Origin: Ruditapes philippinarum | Taxonomy: Eukaryota | Length of the DNA stretch: 64,000 nt | Direction: 5' to 3' | NCBI RefSeq assembly: GCF_026571515.1 | Contig: NW_026861463.1 | Span: 434,001 to 498,000 of the forward strand | In this document: in pieces, positions 25,863-40,911 of the stretch | How the letters are laid out: each line of letters starts with the position of its first letter | Numbering within the stretch: position 1 is the stretch's first letter | The notes under the pieces: generated by a model | Databases searched by the model: none | The model's input: the letters and a program-made list of their open reading frames with translations, nothing else | What the model was told of the DNA's origin: nothing | Made by a program: the position numbers and the translations under genes

Positions 25863-27991
25863 ATGTCTACGTTTTTCTATTGTTATGTGAGTTTTTCCTT
25901 ACTTGCCGCTGTTCACACTTTTGTTGTTTCGGTCGGAGTTCCAATTATACAGACAAAGTATGGAGAAATTCATGGACAGTTAGTGACAGTAAACTACGAA
26001 GGTAAAAATGTCGAAATTAGGAAGTTTTTAGGAATTCCTTATGCAAAAGCACCGGTTGGTGATCGACGATTTCGGAAACCGGAAATGATGAACGCACTTC
26101 CTGTGACGCCTTTTATGGCAACTAATTTTGGACCTATTTGCCCTCAGCCAAACGTTGCTATGTTTGGTCTGACCACATCGGAAGATTGTCTTTTTCTAAA
26201 TATATACGCGCCAATGATGTCATCGTCGACCGTGTTAAAACCTGTAATGGTATATATTCATGGCGGCGGGTTCGATCTAGGATTTTCAGACATTTATGAC
26301 GGTAGTATCATCGGCGCCTATGCTGATGTTATAGTGGTTGCGATGAATTACCGCATTGGTCCTTTAGGATTTCTGTCAACCAAAGATGCCGAAGCTCCGG
26401 GAAATTTCGGATTGTGGGACCAGCGTTTAGCTATAGAATGGGTTTCTGAGAATATTGCTGCATTTGGCGGCGACAGGTCTAAAATCACAATATTCGGGGA
26501 ATCAGCTGGTGGTAGTAGTGTGATTTATCAAACTGTTTACCCTGGAAACGATGGCTTGTTTCAGCGCGCCATTGCACAGAGTGGTACAATTGCTGCGTGG
26601 GGTGTTAACCGTTTTGATTCAAATTACAAGGTGTCCACGGCCTTTGCGAAATATGCGGGTTGTAATTACGTGAGCTCCTCTCTTCTGCTCCAATGCCTAC
26701 GAAACAAATCATCAGATCATATGAAAACTGTCACAGAAAGTTTCCAGTCTTTTTTGCCTGTGAATTTGGTTAACAACACATGGGTCCCTGTTTTTGACGG
26801 AGTCTTTGTGGTTACAAAACAAGACCATCTTCTGAACGAAATGGCTGATCCTTTAGTAAATTCAAAATTCCCATCTTTCAAAAATGTAGATTTGATGATA
26901 GGTGCGAATAAATTGGATGGAAATGTTTTTATCACAAATTTTCTGGAGTATATCAACGAGTCTTCATATGGTCCATTGACTGATTACTTTAATGTGACGT
27001 CAGAGCAGTTTGAACATATCATTATGCCTATAGCAGCTGCAGTATCTCTCGGAGAAATTCCGAATAAAGCTGTGCTAGAAGCTATTAGATTTGAATACAC
27101 CGCTTGGGATGACCGTAACAATCTAACTCGGCGTTTACAAAATTTGATAAATATAGCAACCGACTTAAGTCTGAATGCACCATCTGTGTCAACAGCAAGA
27201 GCGCATGCAAATGGAAACACTTCAACGTTTATGTATCAATTTTCAACCGCATATGTGATGGAATTTCTTCCAATACCTCCGATGCTTAAGGACGAAGAAA
27301 GTGCCGGACATGCGGACGAGCTTGGTTTCGTATTTGGATTTCCAGCTGCCTTATTGCTGCCGTTTGGGGCGAATCCCGCAAATGTTACTGCAGAACAACA
27401 TAAGGTGTCCAAGGCAACAATGGCGATGTGGAGTAACTTTGCGAAAACGGGGTAAGCGCTTAATTTTGATTTTCAACAGAACTACATTGTATGTCTTACA
27501 ATGATTGTAAAAGAACATGCTGTGTCTTTTGTGCATATTTAAAAGGAAATCATTTTTTAGGTTACCGTAAAAATGCACTTAAATCATTTAAATATCAATT
27601 ATTGTGCGGATTTCATTGTTAATTTCTGTGGTACCCAGTCAGCGTTACGTACATCATACATGTATAAATGATGAAAATATATATACATATATTCACAGTT
27701 TCATGAAAAAATTGTTAGCCTGCTATTGAAAAAGGATTCCCAATTTTTATATTTACATCGACTTATTTCTATAATAACGAACACTTTTCTTTCAGAAATC
27801 CAAACAAACCGATCAATTTGGAAGCTATATATAGTAATCTACACTGGCCTCAGTTCACAACAATGGCGGAACAATATCTCGAAATCACACCAAACATGGG
27901 GTCACACTCGGCAAAGACTAGACTTGCCGCTAAGGCTGCTCAATTCTGGAATGATTTAGTACCATCTCTCCAAACACTTGGATCACATTAA
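25863..27991 (+). CDS. Secreted type-B carboxylesterase / bile-salt-activated lipase-like, 594 aa
   Basis: join(25863-27451,27796-27991). Signal peptide, FLGIPYA, EDCLFLNIY, HGGG oxyanion hole, GESAG nucleophile, GANKLDG acid, GHADEL His, WSNFAKTG|NPN across the junction. Confidence 0.93.
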
Positions 27992-28190
27992 ATCTTATAT
28001 TCATAATTAATATTTATTTTCTGACATTTGCTATAGTGAAACAATCTACATTATTTTCTATGAAAGACTGGTAAGGGCATTTTAACTTCATGAATTCCTG
28101 ATTTCATCTTCAATGAATTTCCAATTTTAACTGTGTGAATTCACGACTTCAACATACGGAAGTCCCTTATTAACTTCAAGAATTCAACAA

Positions 28191-29060
28191 TATCTGTGTG
28201 TGAGTAGTGACCTGTGTGTCTGTGTGTGAGTAAGTGTCCTGTGTGAGTAGTGACCTGTTTGTCACGATGTGAGTTGTTACCTGTTTGTCTGTGTATCCTG
28301 TGGCAGTGTGTGAGTAGTGTCTTGTGTGTCCGTGTGTGAGTAGTGTCCTGTTTGTCTGTGTGCCCTGTGTCAATGTGTGAGAAGTCTCTTGTGTGTCTGA
28401 GTAGTGTCCTGTGTGTCCGTAGTGTCCCGTGTGTCATGTATGAGTAGTGTCCTGTATGTCCGTGTGTGAGTAGTGTCCTGTATGTAACTGTATGAGTAGA
28501 TCTGTGTGTGAGTAGTGTCATGTGTGAGTAGTGACCTGTTTGTCACGTTGTGAGTTGATACATGTGTGTCTGTGTGTGAGTAGTGACCTGTTTGTCTCTG
28601 TGTCCTATGTCAGTGTGTGAGTAGTGTTTTGTGTGTCTGTGTGTGATTAGTTTTCTGTGTGTCAATGTATGGGTAATGTTCCGTGTGTCCGTGTGTGAGG
28701 AGAATCCTGTTTGTCTGTGTGCACTGTGTCTTGTGTGTGTGTGTAGTGTCCTGTGTGTCCGTGTGTGAGTAGTGTCCTGTGTGTCACTGTATGAGTAGTG
28801 TCTGTTTGTCACTGTATATGAGTAGTCTTTTGTGTGTCCATGTGTGAGTAGTGTTCTGTGTGTCAGTGTATGAGTAGTGTTCCGTGTGTGATTAGTGTTC
28901 TGTGTGTCACTGTATGAGTAGAGTCCTGTGTGTCAGTGTATGTGAGTAGTCTTTTGTGTGTCATTGTGTGAGTTATGCCATGTGTATACATGTGTGAGTA
29001 GTGAACTGTATGTCAGTGTGTGTGTGTATTGTCATGTGTGTCAGTTTAGTGTTTGAGTAG
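28191..29060. repeat. GT-rich minisatellite, ~22-24 bp unit (gtgtgtgagtagtgtcctgtgtgtc)
   Basis: Directly visible degenerate tandem array. Confidence 0.95.
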
Positions 29061-29106
29061 TTTTATTAATCAATTTTAATTTCTATTATATTGTTGGTAA
29101 TTTTAG

Positions 29107-29182
29107 TGGAGTAGCGGGGAATCGAACTCGCAATCCCTAGACTTGTAGTCACAGAGTGTTACCACTGCACCACAGCGCCCGC
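29107..29182 (-). mobile_element. tRNA-derived SINE head
   Basis: Minus strand gives gtggtgcagtggta (A box) ... gagttcgattccc (B box). Confidence 0.55.
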
Positions 29183-29519
29183 TCTGATTTTTAACTGTTT
29201 TGGAAGTCCCTATATACATTATCACATTAGTAAACAAGAAATTGAGTAATACAATTGAATTTTCACACCTCAATAGTTAATATAGCTGTTAAGTTTAGAG
29301 TGGTTTAAAGTGTTTTACAATGGCTGACATTCATGTCCTTGCTGGAGGGGTTATGACAAATGACTTTACACAAACGAATAAGTGAGACTGTTGACAGGCA
29401 TTAATTAAACATACCAAAAAAGCCATGTTCCGTTTAATAGAACCAACATATTGACATGAGGGTGGTGTGGCTACCTAACAGTTAACTTGGTCATGGAATA
29501 ACCGAATAAGACAGAAACA

Positions 29520-30244
29520 TGAAACATTATAACATAGATAATTTCAAGAATTTCATGAATCATTATAAAATGTTTCTAATATTAATTTACGTCGACTCAA
29601 TTTTAGTGATTTTAAATGCGTTGTCTGTANNNNNNNNNNNNNNNNNNNNNNNNNNNNNNNNNNNNNNNNNNNNNNNNNNNNNNNNNNNNNNNNNNNNNNN
29701 NNNNNNNNNNNNNNNNNNNNNNNNNNNNNNNNNNNNNNNNNNNNNNNNNNNNNNNNNNNNNNNNNNNNNNNNNNNNNNNNNNNNNNNNNNNNNNNNNNNN
29801 NNNNNNNNNNNNNNNNNNNNNNNNNNNNNNNNNNNNNNNNNNNNNNNNNNNNNNNNNNNNNNNNNNNNNNNNNNNNNNNNNNATTAAGGGAGATAGTTAC
29901 TCTCCAAAATGAAGGTAGAAAACTAGGATTCGGATATTATCTAAAGAAATATAATAATTTTTTATTGAAGGATCAAAACTCTAGAAAACGCCGTTAAAAC
30001 GTATGCCTTTTATAGATTAGCCCATAAACTTACTTTAGCCAAATGTAAACAAAGTAGTAATTTGACTTCCATACAAAATACCATTTCACTATGATTTTAC
30101 CCATTGCAAACAGAGCAAACTAAATAAAAGATTCATCTATGTGGCAAATGAGGTTTTTTTTTCGAAACTGTAACAAGAAACTAAAAATAGAAATGTTTTG
30201 AGAAATAAAAATAATAGCAGTTCTGAGACATAATGGGCCTTTAA
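29520..30244. mobile_element. Partial Kolobok-like MITE spanning gap 1; homologous to 35210-35470
   Basis: Ends ttctgagacataatgggcct-TTAA. Internal blocks (aagggagata.ttactctcca, tttttattgaaggatcaaaact) recur at 35210-35470. Confidence 0.55.
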
Positions 30245-30576
30245 TAACGATTTAACCGGTAAATATTGAACACTGTTCTACAATAGCAGTTCTATATGTC
30301 GATCTAAAATGCGGCTTATACTATTTTGCTATAATTATACCATGTCTAAAATATACATGTATTTGCTGTATATATAGAATGATAAATCCTATATGCATTA
30401 ACCATTAAGTAATCACCAAATATCGGGTGATTTTTTAAATACACTCTTAATATTTATATTGGTTTATTGTACATATTCCACTTCTATAGTGTAATTACCT
30501 TTTAAACATAGCCTGGTCAATTTTGTCAGGTGTAATTTAAGTTAGAGATATACAACGCTTTTCTGTTTTGGAAACA

Positions 30577-33328
30577 ATGGGAGTCTGTTCTTCTGTTAGT
30601 GAGAGCAAAAAGATATTGATGCTTGGCTTAGATGATGCAGGTGATTATTTTTAAGTTTTGTTAAATAAAAATAATTAATATAAAAGGCTAACTTTCCATT
30701 TGAGTAAAATCACTGTTGTACAGCGTTCACGGGAAATAGCCCCTCAAAACATCGAAAACGAAAGTAAAAAGGTGTACGAGGTAATGTTTCAACTTATTTC
30801 TCCATCATNNNNNNNNNNNNNNNNNNNNNNNNNNNNNNNNNNNNNNNNNNNNNNNNNNNNNNNNNNNNNNNNNNNNNNNNNNNNNNNNNNNNNNNNNNNN
30901 NNNNNNNNNNNNNNNNNNNNNNNNNNNNNNNNNNNNNNNNNNNNNNNNNNNNNNNNNNNNNNNNNNNNNNNNNNNNNNNNNNNNNNNNNNNNNNNNNNNN
31001 NNNNNNNNNNNNNNNNNNNNNNNNNNNNNNNNNNNNNNNNNNNNNNNNNNNNNNNNNNNNNNNNNNNNNNNNNNNNNNNNNNNNNNNNNNNNNNNNNNNN
31101 NNNNNNNNNNNNNNNNNNNNNNNNNNNNNNNNNNNNNNNNNNNNNNNTGCTATTTATTCCATTTTCTAGGGAAAACCACACTTCTGTACAAAATCCGGCT
31201 TGGGGAGATTTTAACAACAGTTCCAACGATTGGATTTAATGTAGAGACTGTAAAAGTAGCGGGTGACGTCAGTTTTGTTGTATGGGATATTGGCGGTCAG
31301 AAAAATTTAAGATCGTTGTGGCACCATTATATAAGCGGAGCGGATGGTAAATTTCTTACTTTTTTTCTTCTCTCTTGCTTGTTGCGAATCGAGTTGATAA
31401 TTTAGGTTTTATTATTTTCTACATATCCAAGTGAGAATGGTTAATGTTAAGTTGTATTTTTAAGTTTTATATTTTATTCTAGTTCATTTATTTCATCCTA
31501 AACATGTATCGTTATCAGTAACTGGTCAGTCACCATTATAATAGTTAAATTTTTAAATATATAACAAATACAGTTCAACTTCACAGCAATTTATTTTAAC
31601 TAATAGCATTCTATGTTTGACAATTGTAATTCTATGGGTGGCCTAGTATCCTAGTTACAATGATATCCAACTCTCCATCCCTGGTTCGTGGATTCAAGCC
31701 GTACTTAGGCAACCACAATAACGCCATTGATTGGAACATTCTCGGCTTTTATCTATATCCTTATCGAAGACTGACGGAAAGGGCTGAAAAGGGGCGATTG
31801 TAACGCCTTAAACAGCTATAGGACATATTTACTGGACATAGGAAATGTTACAGATGTAAGGAGATAAAAAAAGTTTGCTATTAAAACAGTTTGAATACAT
31901 AAGAGGATGTGATAATGTATTGTTGATCATAAGTATGTTTTAGTTTTAGTAAAGTTCTCCATCACACAGGCGAATTAGATATGGGTGTTTTATATTAACA
32001 AAAGATAAAACAAAACGTTGGCTAGTTTTGGGACATGGCTGAGGCTGACCCAGGATGCGCTCCTTCCCAAAGCTCCTAGAAGTAAATTTTTAAAAATGTG
32101 TATAGTAAATGTCAGGAAACCGTACTTAAAGACACCCCTCACACTCTCCTTCGAACCCCAACTGAGATTACACCACCGTCCCCCACCCCCCCCCCCCCTA
32201 CTAATCATCATCAAAGTTTATTTGTGTTCGTCGGTATGGTTGTGTGCTTGTGCAAATCATTCCATTTAGGTCTTTATGAATGACCATGATTACTTTACAG
32301 GATCACGCATTAGAAGTCATTATGAAATTCTGTTTTGTTCTGTCGTATTTTTTTGTGGTTTCACTGATCTACCATATCATGTTGATGTTATTGTTGTTGT
32401 TTTAGGGTTGTTGTATGTTGTTGACAGCACAAATGTGGAGAGACTGTCAGAAGCTCGAGAAGTGTTGTTTAATACCTTAAACAATGAAAACATGAAAGGT
32501 GTCCCTGTTGTAATTATTGCAAACAAGCAAGATTTACCAGGTAAGTTCACTTCTTGCTCATTGCATTTTCATTGTTGGCTTCTCCAAATTTTCGTTCCGT
32601 ATTTAAAATTATTGCGAGGTTTTTCCAAGTGCATGTGTTACATGTTTCTCCTCCATATGTTTAGTATCATAGTAAATCGAGGTTAATATATATAGTAAGA
32701 TTATTAATATTTAATTAATTTCTATATACACTGTATTGGAGCATCCGTGCCCCAGTGGTTAAGGTCGTTAACCTCAAACCACTTGAATCAAGCCGCGCAA
32801 ATGTCTTCGGATTCTTCTCAAGTGAAAAATTACTGAACGTCAGTGGTTCTACTCAGGTACCCTTTCGTGCCTGGGGCCAGTAAAGCTGGAAAGCCGCCAT
32901 ATAACCTAAACTGTGTGGGTATGACGTAAAACTCAACCAAATAAATTAATAAACTATTAATCTTATCAGCTTATTGAGAAATATATATTTTCTTCACTCA
33001 AAGAAATTAGTATCCTTTTGGTTTAGAGTAATAATATAGATGACATTTTCACTTGGATGCTATAACTTAATCTTTCTTCTCCAATGCTTAATTCGTTTAA
33101 GAAGTGAGTAAATCCGTTAGTTACAATATCGCTTAATTGATTTTAACTTAATATTCCATTTGCTATTTAGGTGCTTTAAAACCAAGTGAAATCTCCGAAC
33201 GAATGGGTTTAAACGATCTCGGACACTGTCATTCCTGGCATGTACAAGGTGCTAGCGCTGTTACTTCGGAAGGAGTTTTTGAGGGCGTTGAGATGATGGC
33301 GACATTGATTAAAAACTTAAGGAAATAA
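30577..33328 (+). CDS. ARF-family GTPase (divergent paralog A), 177 aa
   Basis: join(30577-30640,31170-31346,32406-32540,33171-33328). [30 protein letters not shown]. Intron 1 contains an N gap. Confidence 0.9.
32738..32945 (+). mobile_element. tRNA-derived SINE
   Basis: A-box-like gtgccccagtggtt head; core gtggttctactcaggt..agtaaagctggaaag shared with the copy at ~61845-62030; A-rich tail. Confidence 0.6.
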
Positions 33329-33937
33329 GCGTGAAGCAAAGTGCCATAGGAACATCTCGGCTTTTATCAATTATTATATAGTTCTTAACCGAAGTTTGAC
33401 GTTAAGATGCGATTGAGCTGTGGCCGGGTTCTAAAATCTGTACACTTTAATAAGAGGCCTAGTCTTCAATAAGAGTAATAAAGACAACATGTATCCTGCC
33501 TACGAACATAACTACAGCAAATAGTCGCATAAAGAGCAAAATATAAAGGAAATCTAATTGTAGCTTTACTTTTTAAATACTAACAAAATTCTTGAAGTCG
33601 GTTATAAAGGTAGTCAGTGAATGTATGATTGGCATAAAAGGAAGATATTCCAACAATGAGTGTACCAATTAGCCAAAAAAGGAATATATTTTCATGCAAA
33701 AAGGAAAATTTTCCGAAAGTGAATATGCCATTTAGCCAAAAGGGAAGATATTATGAAAGTGAATGGACCATTTAGCCGAAAAGGAAGATATTCCAACATG
33801 TTCTAGGGTCTGCTTCCCGGAAGAAACTAGTACACATGTACTGGTGTCCTGATTAAAGATAGTCCCGGGTAGGACTCAAACCTACAATGCCTGGTTTAAG
33901 GAGCTAGTGTGCCATCTTTCTAGCTACTAGTAATATA

Positions 33938-34735
33938 TAAATAACACGTACATGGGTTTGTTGGTAACAGTAAAAATATCATCGTATTTTTACGAGGGAT
34001 GATATTTATATTGTTACCCACAAAACCATGTGTTATTTATTTTATTACCCCGAACAAATACTGTGATGATCTGAATTTGTAAACTAAATCTAACTGTAAC
34101 AAAAATAAACCAAGAGTAGCAATAACTAAATTGTCCTTACCTTGCAAGTTTTAAGTGTACAGTAGGCCTACTTGAGAAGCTGTTTTTCTTTTATTCTTTT
34201 ATCTACCAGTCATAAACATACAATAAGCTGTGTTTTATTTAGAAAACAAAACACTAACCCATTTATAAGGTTATGATCTGTGAAATCTGATCCTTCTGTA
34301 TCCAGAATATTCCTCGCACGGTTTTTGACAAAGTGCATTTACAAAATAACGGTGATATCCTACAGATGTATGTCCACCAACTCTATCTGTAACGTTTCAC
34401 TGGTTAAAATTGTTAAATACAATAACTTCCGTTGAAAACGGATGTTTACTTTTTGACTATTCATCAAAAAGATATTTTATACGCGAAAAGAACTCTAAGG
34501 TGCAAAGAACTAAATTTGACGAGAGTCATAGTTACTTTGATGATGCCCTAGGCCCTATCGTCGAAAGTAAGAATGAATCGAGAGAGAAATGGCGGCCATT
34601 TTATTTAGAAAATAAACCACGTGACCAGAATACTACAAAATTCTTAGTCACGTGGTACACTTGCATTAACAGTAAAAATAACTCCCAGAGGCCTATGAGA
34701 AATTAACATTACGAAAAAAGTGAGGTGTAATAATA
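33938..34735. mobile_element. Non-autonomous Crypton-like element
   Basis: A ~100-bp terminal hairpin (33938-34039) is followed by TTATTACCCC, which is inverted at the far end as GGTGTAATAA (34724-34733). Confidence 0.55.
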
Positions 34736-36012
34736 TGATTTGGTTTGGTTGCTGATTCCAATATTTACAGCATATGCCGGAAGTATATAGCCAAGTCAGT
34801 CTTCATATACATGTACTTCATCTAGATTTGAAAGTGTCGTCATACATTGCTTTGTAGTCCCTTATTTTATATACATGTATAAAACACTATCTTGATTTCA
34901 ATGTAAGCTGATTTTCAAACCTACCGTTGAATTGGCTTTAACTTTTCGGATTTCCTGGCGTGTTTGAACAGTGATATTATAACAGACAATATTTTCCATA
35001 GAAAAATTTATTAAATAAAAATAACAATATCAAATAACAGTTTATCACAGATAAAATAGATTATAAGACATAGTATAATATGAAAACATGTTAAATAATA
35101 ATATTTACAAAAATATACATGCATTTCAATATGCATTATAAATAAGAACATTTTATTTACATATATACATGTACGGACTGATTTAATTCAAACTTAAAAT
35201 GATCACGTTCATTATCAAAACATTAGATAATTTCATGAATTCCATGAATCATTATTTTAATTTACATCGCCTAATTTATAATGATTTTAAAGATGTTGTC
35301 GGTATTTTTTGCGCAACTTTTCGGCGCATGAAGGGAGATAATTACTCTCCACAGAGTACTAGCATTCGGATATTACATAGAAGATAAAAAAAACTACAAA
35401 TTTTTATTGAAGGATCAAAACTTAGGAAAACGCTCTAAAACTTTTTTCCTTTTTAAGATTAGCCCAAAAAACTTTCTTTACCAACTCAAGGGCAAAAATA
35501 GCAACATACAGGGATGGACACTATTTGTTTGTCTTCGCAGCACAACGCTCAAAGAGTCAAAGCATAGATCGTGGCCAGTCTGACTAACCGTAAACTTTAA
35601 CAAGGCTCTACATTTTTGGCTCCTAGACTTTACTTTTTATCCATAAATTTCTTAAAAACAATAAATAGTTCTAAATAGCAAGCCTGCACATCCGTGTAGT
35701 TTTAAAAAGACACTGGTTGTGCAGAAACAGTGATCTCACTGTTAAAGTTACAATGGACTGTCCCAAATTCAAAGCAGAGCTGAAAGATTCAATGGTTGAA
35801 TCAGAAACACAAATACTTTGATTAAAATCTACCACATAATACAGCAGATATATGGCAGTCAATTTCGTCCTTAATATCACTTATTTCTTATTGCACACAC
35901 GTGTATGATTTTGAAAAATGAATCTATATGTGTCATGTGCGCTTGCGCGTGCATCACTCTTGACGATCCAAAATGATATTTGATGTGTAAACATTCAATT
36001 GTCTGTGTTAAC

Positions 36013-37668
<1,656 letters not shown>

Positions 37669-37794
37669 TGTGCCGTTGTTATTCAAGTAAGCGCGTAACA
37701 GAGTCTGTTCAGTGAATATTAGTTTAATTTAGTTAATGCGTATCCTGCTTGAAATTTTTATTTAATAATATCAGATCAAACACGGGTCTTGATT

Positions 37795-38012
37795 TATATA
37801 GGGTGGATATGGACATCTAACGTTTCGCTGGACACATGCAATAATTTACATTTCATTTCTTTGGTCATTTCACACAACGTAAGCGGTGCCAGCGTGGAGA
37901 AAATATCGTCAATATTCAATAGTACATTTTGATTGGATGGATATATATAGATCCGAAAACTGTATTGCTATTTTAGGATATCGGATTATTATGACGGTGT
38001 AAATGTAAACAA
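37795..38012 (-). promoter_or_regulatory. Proximal promoter of ARF paralog B (blocks conserved with paralog C)
   Basis: TATA (ccctatataa on -), two 25-bp blocks identical to 43266-43290 and 43333-43357, CCAAT, TGTAAACA. Confidence 0.7.
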
Positions 38013-38339
38013 AAAACACGTGCCGTAACCCCGCGCTTTATCACATAATTATAATCTGTTTTGTCTGTATTTAAACAAAAATGATATATTCTTGAATCAC
38101 TTGGAGAAAATAACAAAAATATAAGTTTGAAACAAATTGAGTACTTGCTTGTATTCTAAAAGTGCATGTACTTGAATTGTTTCAAATATCTTTGTTTTAA
38201 ATGGAGGCTTTAATATGTTCAAATGATCGTTGTGAAATATTCAATATTTTTTAAGTTGTTTTCTTTTTTCTCTACTATGCGTGATATCTAGTGCAAGTAG
38301 TTTAACCATACTTTGATGTTTATTGAACATATTTATTTA

Positions 38340-38515
38340 AGCTCGATTGCGAAACAAGTTCTTGCAACTTATATTAATCACTTTCGAGTCCGCTTCCTGG
38401 AACCAACCAGTACTGGTGTCGTATGAAGAAACATGGTCGTGACCCGAGTAGGGCTCGAACTCATGATCTCTGGGTTGAGAGGCAGAAACCTTAACCACTA
38501 GGCCACCCGCTCCCA
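38340..38515 (-). mobile_element. tRNA-derived SINE
   Basis: Minus strand gggagcgggtggcctagtggttaagg...gagttcgagccc head; core agtactggttggttccagga also at ~58970 and ~60660; degenerate copy ~43880-43975. Confidence 0.65.
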
Positions 38516-38734
38516 AAAAAACAAATGATGAAGGCTTTTAAGCCACAAGAACTCAAAATTTGTTTAAGGATTTTTTTTAAATAAGGATTTTCATAAGATG
38601 ATACTGATTAGCTAATTTTTCTGTAGTCAATTCGAATATCGACAATCGCTGCGTCAATCGACACGTCATACGTATGTATATAAAGAGAAATAGAATCTGA
38701 CAAAAATGATATGAATTTGAACTGATAAATAGTT

Positions 38735-38735
38735 T

Positions 38736-38783
<48 letters not shown>

Positions 38784-38803
38784 TTATTTATTTTATTTAT
38801 TTA
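38735..38803. repeat. (TTTA)n microsatellite
   Basis: Directly visible. Confidence 0.9.
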
Positions 38804-38881
38804 TCGTTCATTCCGTGCTTTTATTATATATTTTTTTATTTTTCTGGTCCTTCGGGTTCATTGATTTCAACACTTTTCAGT

Positions 38882-39025
38882 GTTGAAAATTGAGTACCGC
38901 TCAGGCTGATGGTAGGGGGCTTGAGGGATGTTGCACTTTTTCATTATCCCTCGTGCACAGACTCAATCAAACTGAGTCTGCAATTTTCATGTAATTTTGT
39001 TGTGATTATTGCTTCCGAGGGATCA
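38882..39025. repeat. Dispersed repeat, second copy at ~62821-62960
   Basis: gttgaaaattgagtaccgctcag...gagggatgtt...cagactcaatcaaac.gagtctgca shared by both copies. Confidence 0.75.
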
Positions 39026-39697
39026 CACTTTATCCAGATTTTTAATATATCATATATATCCATATCTGGAAAAAAAAAGTTAACGCAGAAATGAAATTTT
39101 AGTCGGATCGCCATGGAACTATTAAGTTTTTATTCATAATTTAGTGATTTTGACCAGTTACCTTGTATCATGAAATCATTGCCTCTGACATTTCATTTTA
39201 CTAATGTTAAGCCACAAAAAGTTCATAATTTATTTAAAAGAATACCATTCGATAAATGTGTATTCTTAATTCTAATTCAGATAGTTTATATCAGATATAC
39301 ATCAACGTATATAATACCGCATTGAGACCTTGTAATGTTTACATTAACGATATATACATATACACAAGCGTTACCAGTTTATGAATTAATTTTTATTATT
39401 ATCTTTATTTTGATCAAAGAAAGCACTCTTAGAAACTTTTTGACAGGTTAAAAGGCCCGGTACAAACGGTTGATTGAAATATAACTTAATATAACCTGAT
39501 AAGTTCATACATCTTATTTTACTGGGCCATATAACTAAAAAATATATTAATAACTAATGCATTAATTGTTTTGATAAGAAAATGAAATGACACGTTTTAC
39601 ACCTGAAGTCTTAAATTAGGGATAGTGCTTATGAAAGGTTCGACTCTATACGCCTAAATAAAGCAAAGAAATCAAATCAGTTCATCACATGGGTCTC

Positions 39698-39836
39698 TAT
39701 GGTGGCTGGTTTCTGCCATTTCTTGTCTTCGTGTGTTCGCCCCGTAAGACTGGTTAAGTAAGCATATATATTATCGTGTCTTCGCCTTCGACTTCTGAAG
39801 GGCGAAGACACGAAATGGCAGAAGTCAGCCACCATA
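39698..39836. mobile_element. Short palindromic MITE (TATGGTGGCTG ends)
   Basis: tatggtggctggtttctgccatttc ... gaaatggcagaagtcagccaccata; same termini as 57857-58257. Confidence 0.75.
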
Positions 39837-40692
39837 GGTTTCTGATAACACAATATAAAATATTTATTTCTTTTTAAGTTTTATTAAAAGAATAAATACC
39901 GAGTCACGCATATGTCCTGATTTTTATTATGTTCTTTTAGATATGGAGTGCATTAACAGCAGCAGCCTCTTTCACTTTTTAATTTCTGTTACTATTGGAA
40001 GCACCTTTTCCATAAATATTTCAAAAGTTACTAAAGGCATTAGAAATGTATTTTTTGATATTCTTTATAAAATATTTCTTGAAAAAAAAAATGTTGATAG
40101 AGTTCCAATTGATTATAGTATAAACATTTACATAATTAATAACTATATTTTATTCTAGCTTGTTTTGTTTGTTGACACAAGCCAGGGGTCAAAACCACCT
40201 CACTTGCTGGGGCTGAGAAATCCATAGACTCCACATGTTGTCGCCTCTTACAATCACACAGGGATAAACGGTGGTCAACCATTAATGGCAACCCCTCAGC
40301 CACAAGGGGCGACATTTTATTATCTGCTCTATGTAGATATGTAATATCGGTTCATATAACTAACTTACCATCATTCTCTCCCCGCTTTTTTTTCAGAATC
40401 ATCAATTTTATTGTGCAAACTTTCTAAGCATATTTCGCGGATGATACCATATTTCGTCTTTCACTAAATCTATAAAAGAATTTCAAAATTTCAATTTTTT
40501 GTATATTTTAAGACTTTTTGACCTTTTGACCTCAGTGGAGTTCTTTTCACATCTATTATAGTGATATCTCGGGGGGGGGTCGACATTCCTAACCGGCTTT
40601 CCTGGCTTTTGTGTTGCTCAACGCTCGATCCTGTATTGTTTTCGCTTTATAAGATTATTAATGCTTCAAAACCAAAACTTTTAAACGTTTAA

Positions 40693-40911
40693 AGGCACAT
40701 TATGCCTTAGAAATCCATATTTATAAAAAAAAATGTGTCATAAATGTAGCAAAATGTAAACTAAGTAGTATTTTGACTTCCATACAAAATACTAATTCCC
40801 AAGAAGCAAATATATGGCAAATGAGTAATTTTTGGAAACTGTAATAAGATACCAAACTTTTAAAGTTTATGTGAAATAAAAATAATAGCATTTTTGAAGT
40901 AAAATGGGCCT
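40693..40911. mobile_element. Kolobok-like MITE (TTAA flanks)
   Basis: TTAA-AGGCACATTATGCC ... AATGGGCCT-TTAA; related to 49738-50094 and to a left end at ~22138. Confidence 0.65.

Noticed and set aside
28141-28812. Thr/His-rich ORFs; CRISPR-like periodicity
   Set aside because: Translations of a minisatellite; no unique spacers, eukaryotic context, no cas genes
29107-29182. Possible tRNA genes (also ~18610, ~38440, ~43910)
   Set aside because: A/B boxes are present but no clean cloverleaf is evident; they fit SINE heads. tRNAscan-SE would settle this.
29519-31239. ORFs containing long X runs (also 58564-59065)
   Set aside because: Artefacts of N gaps
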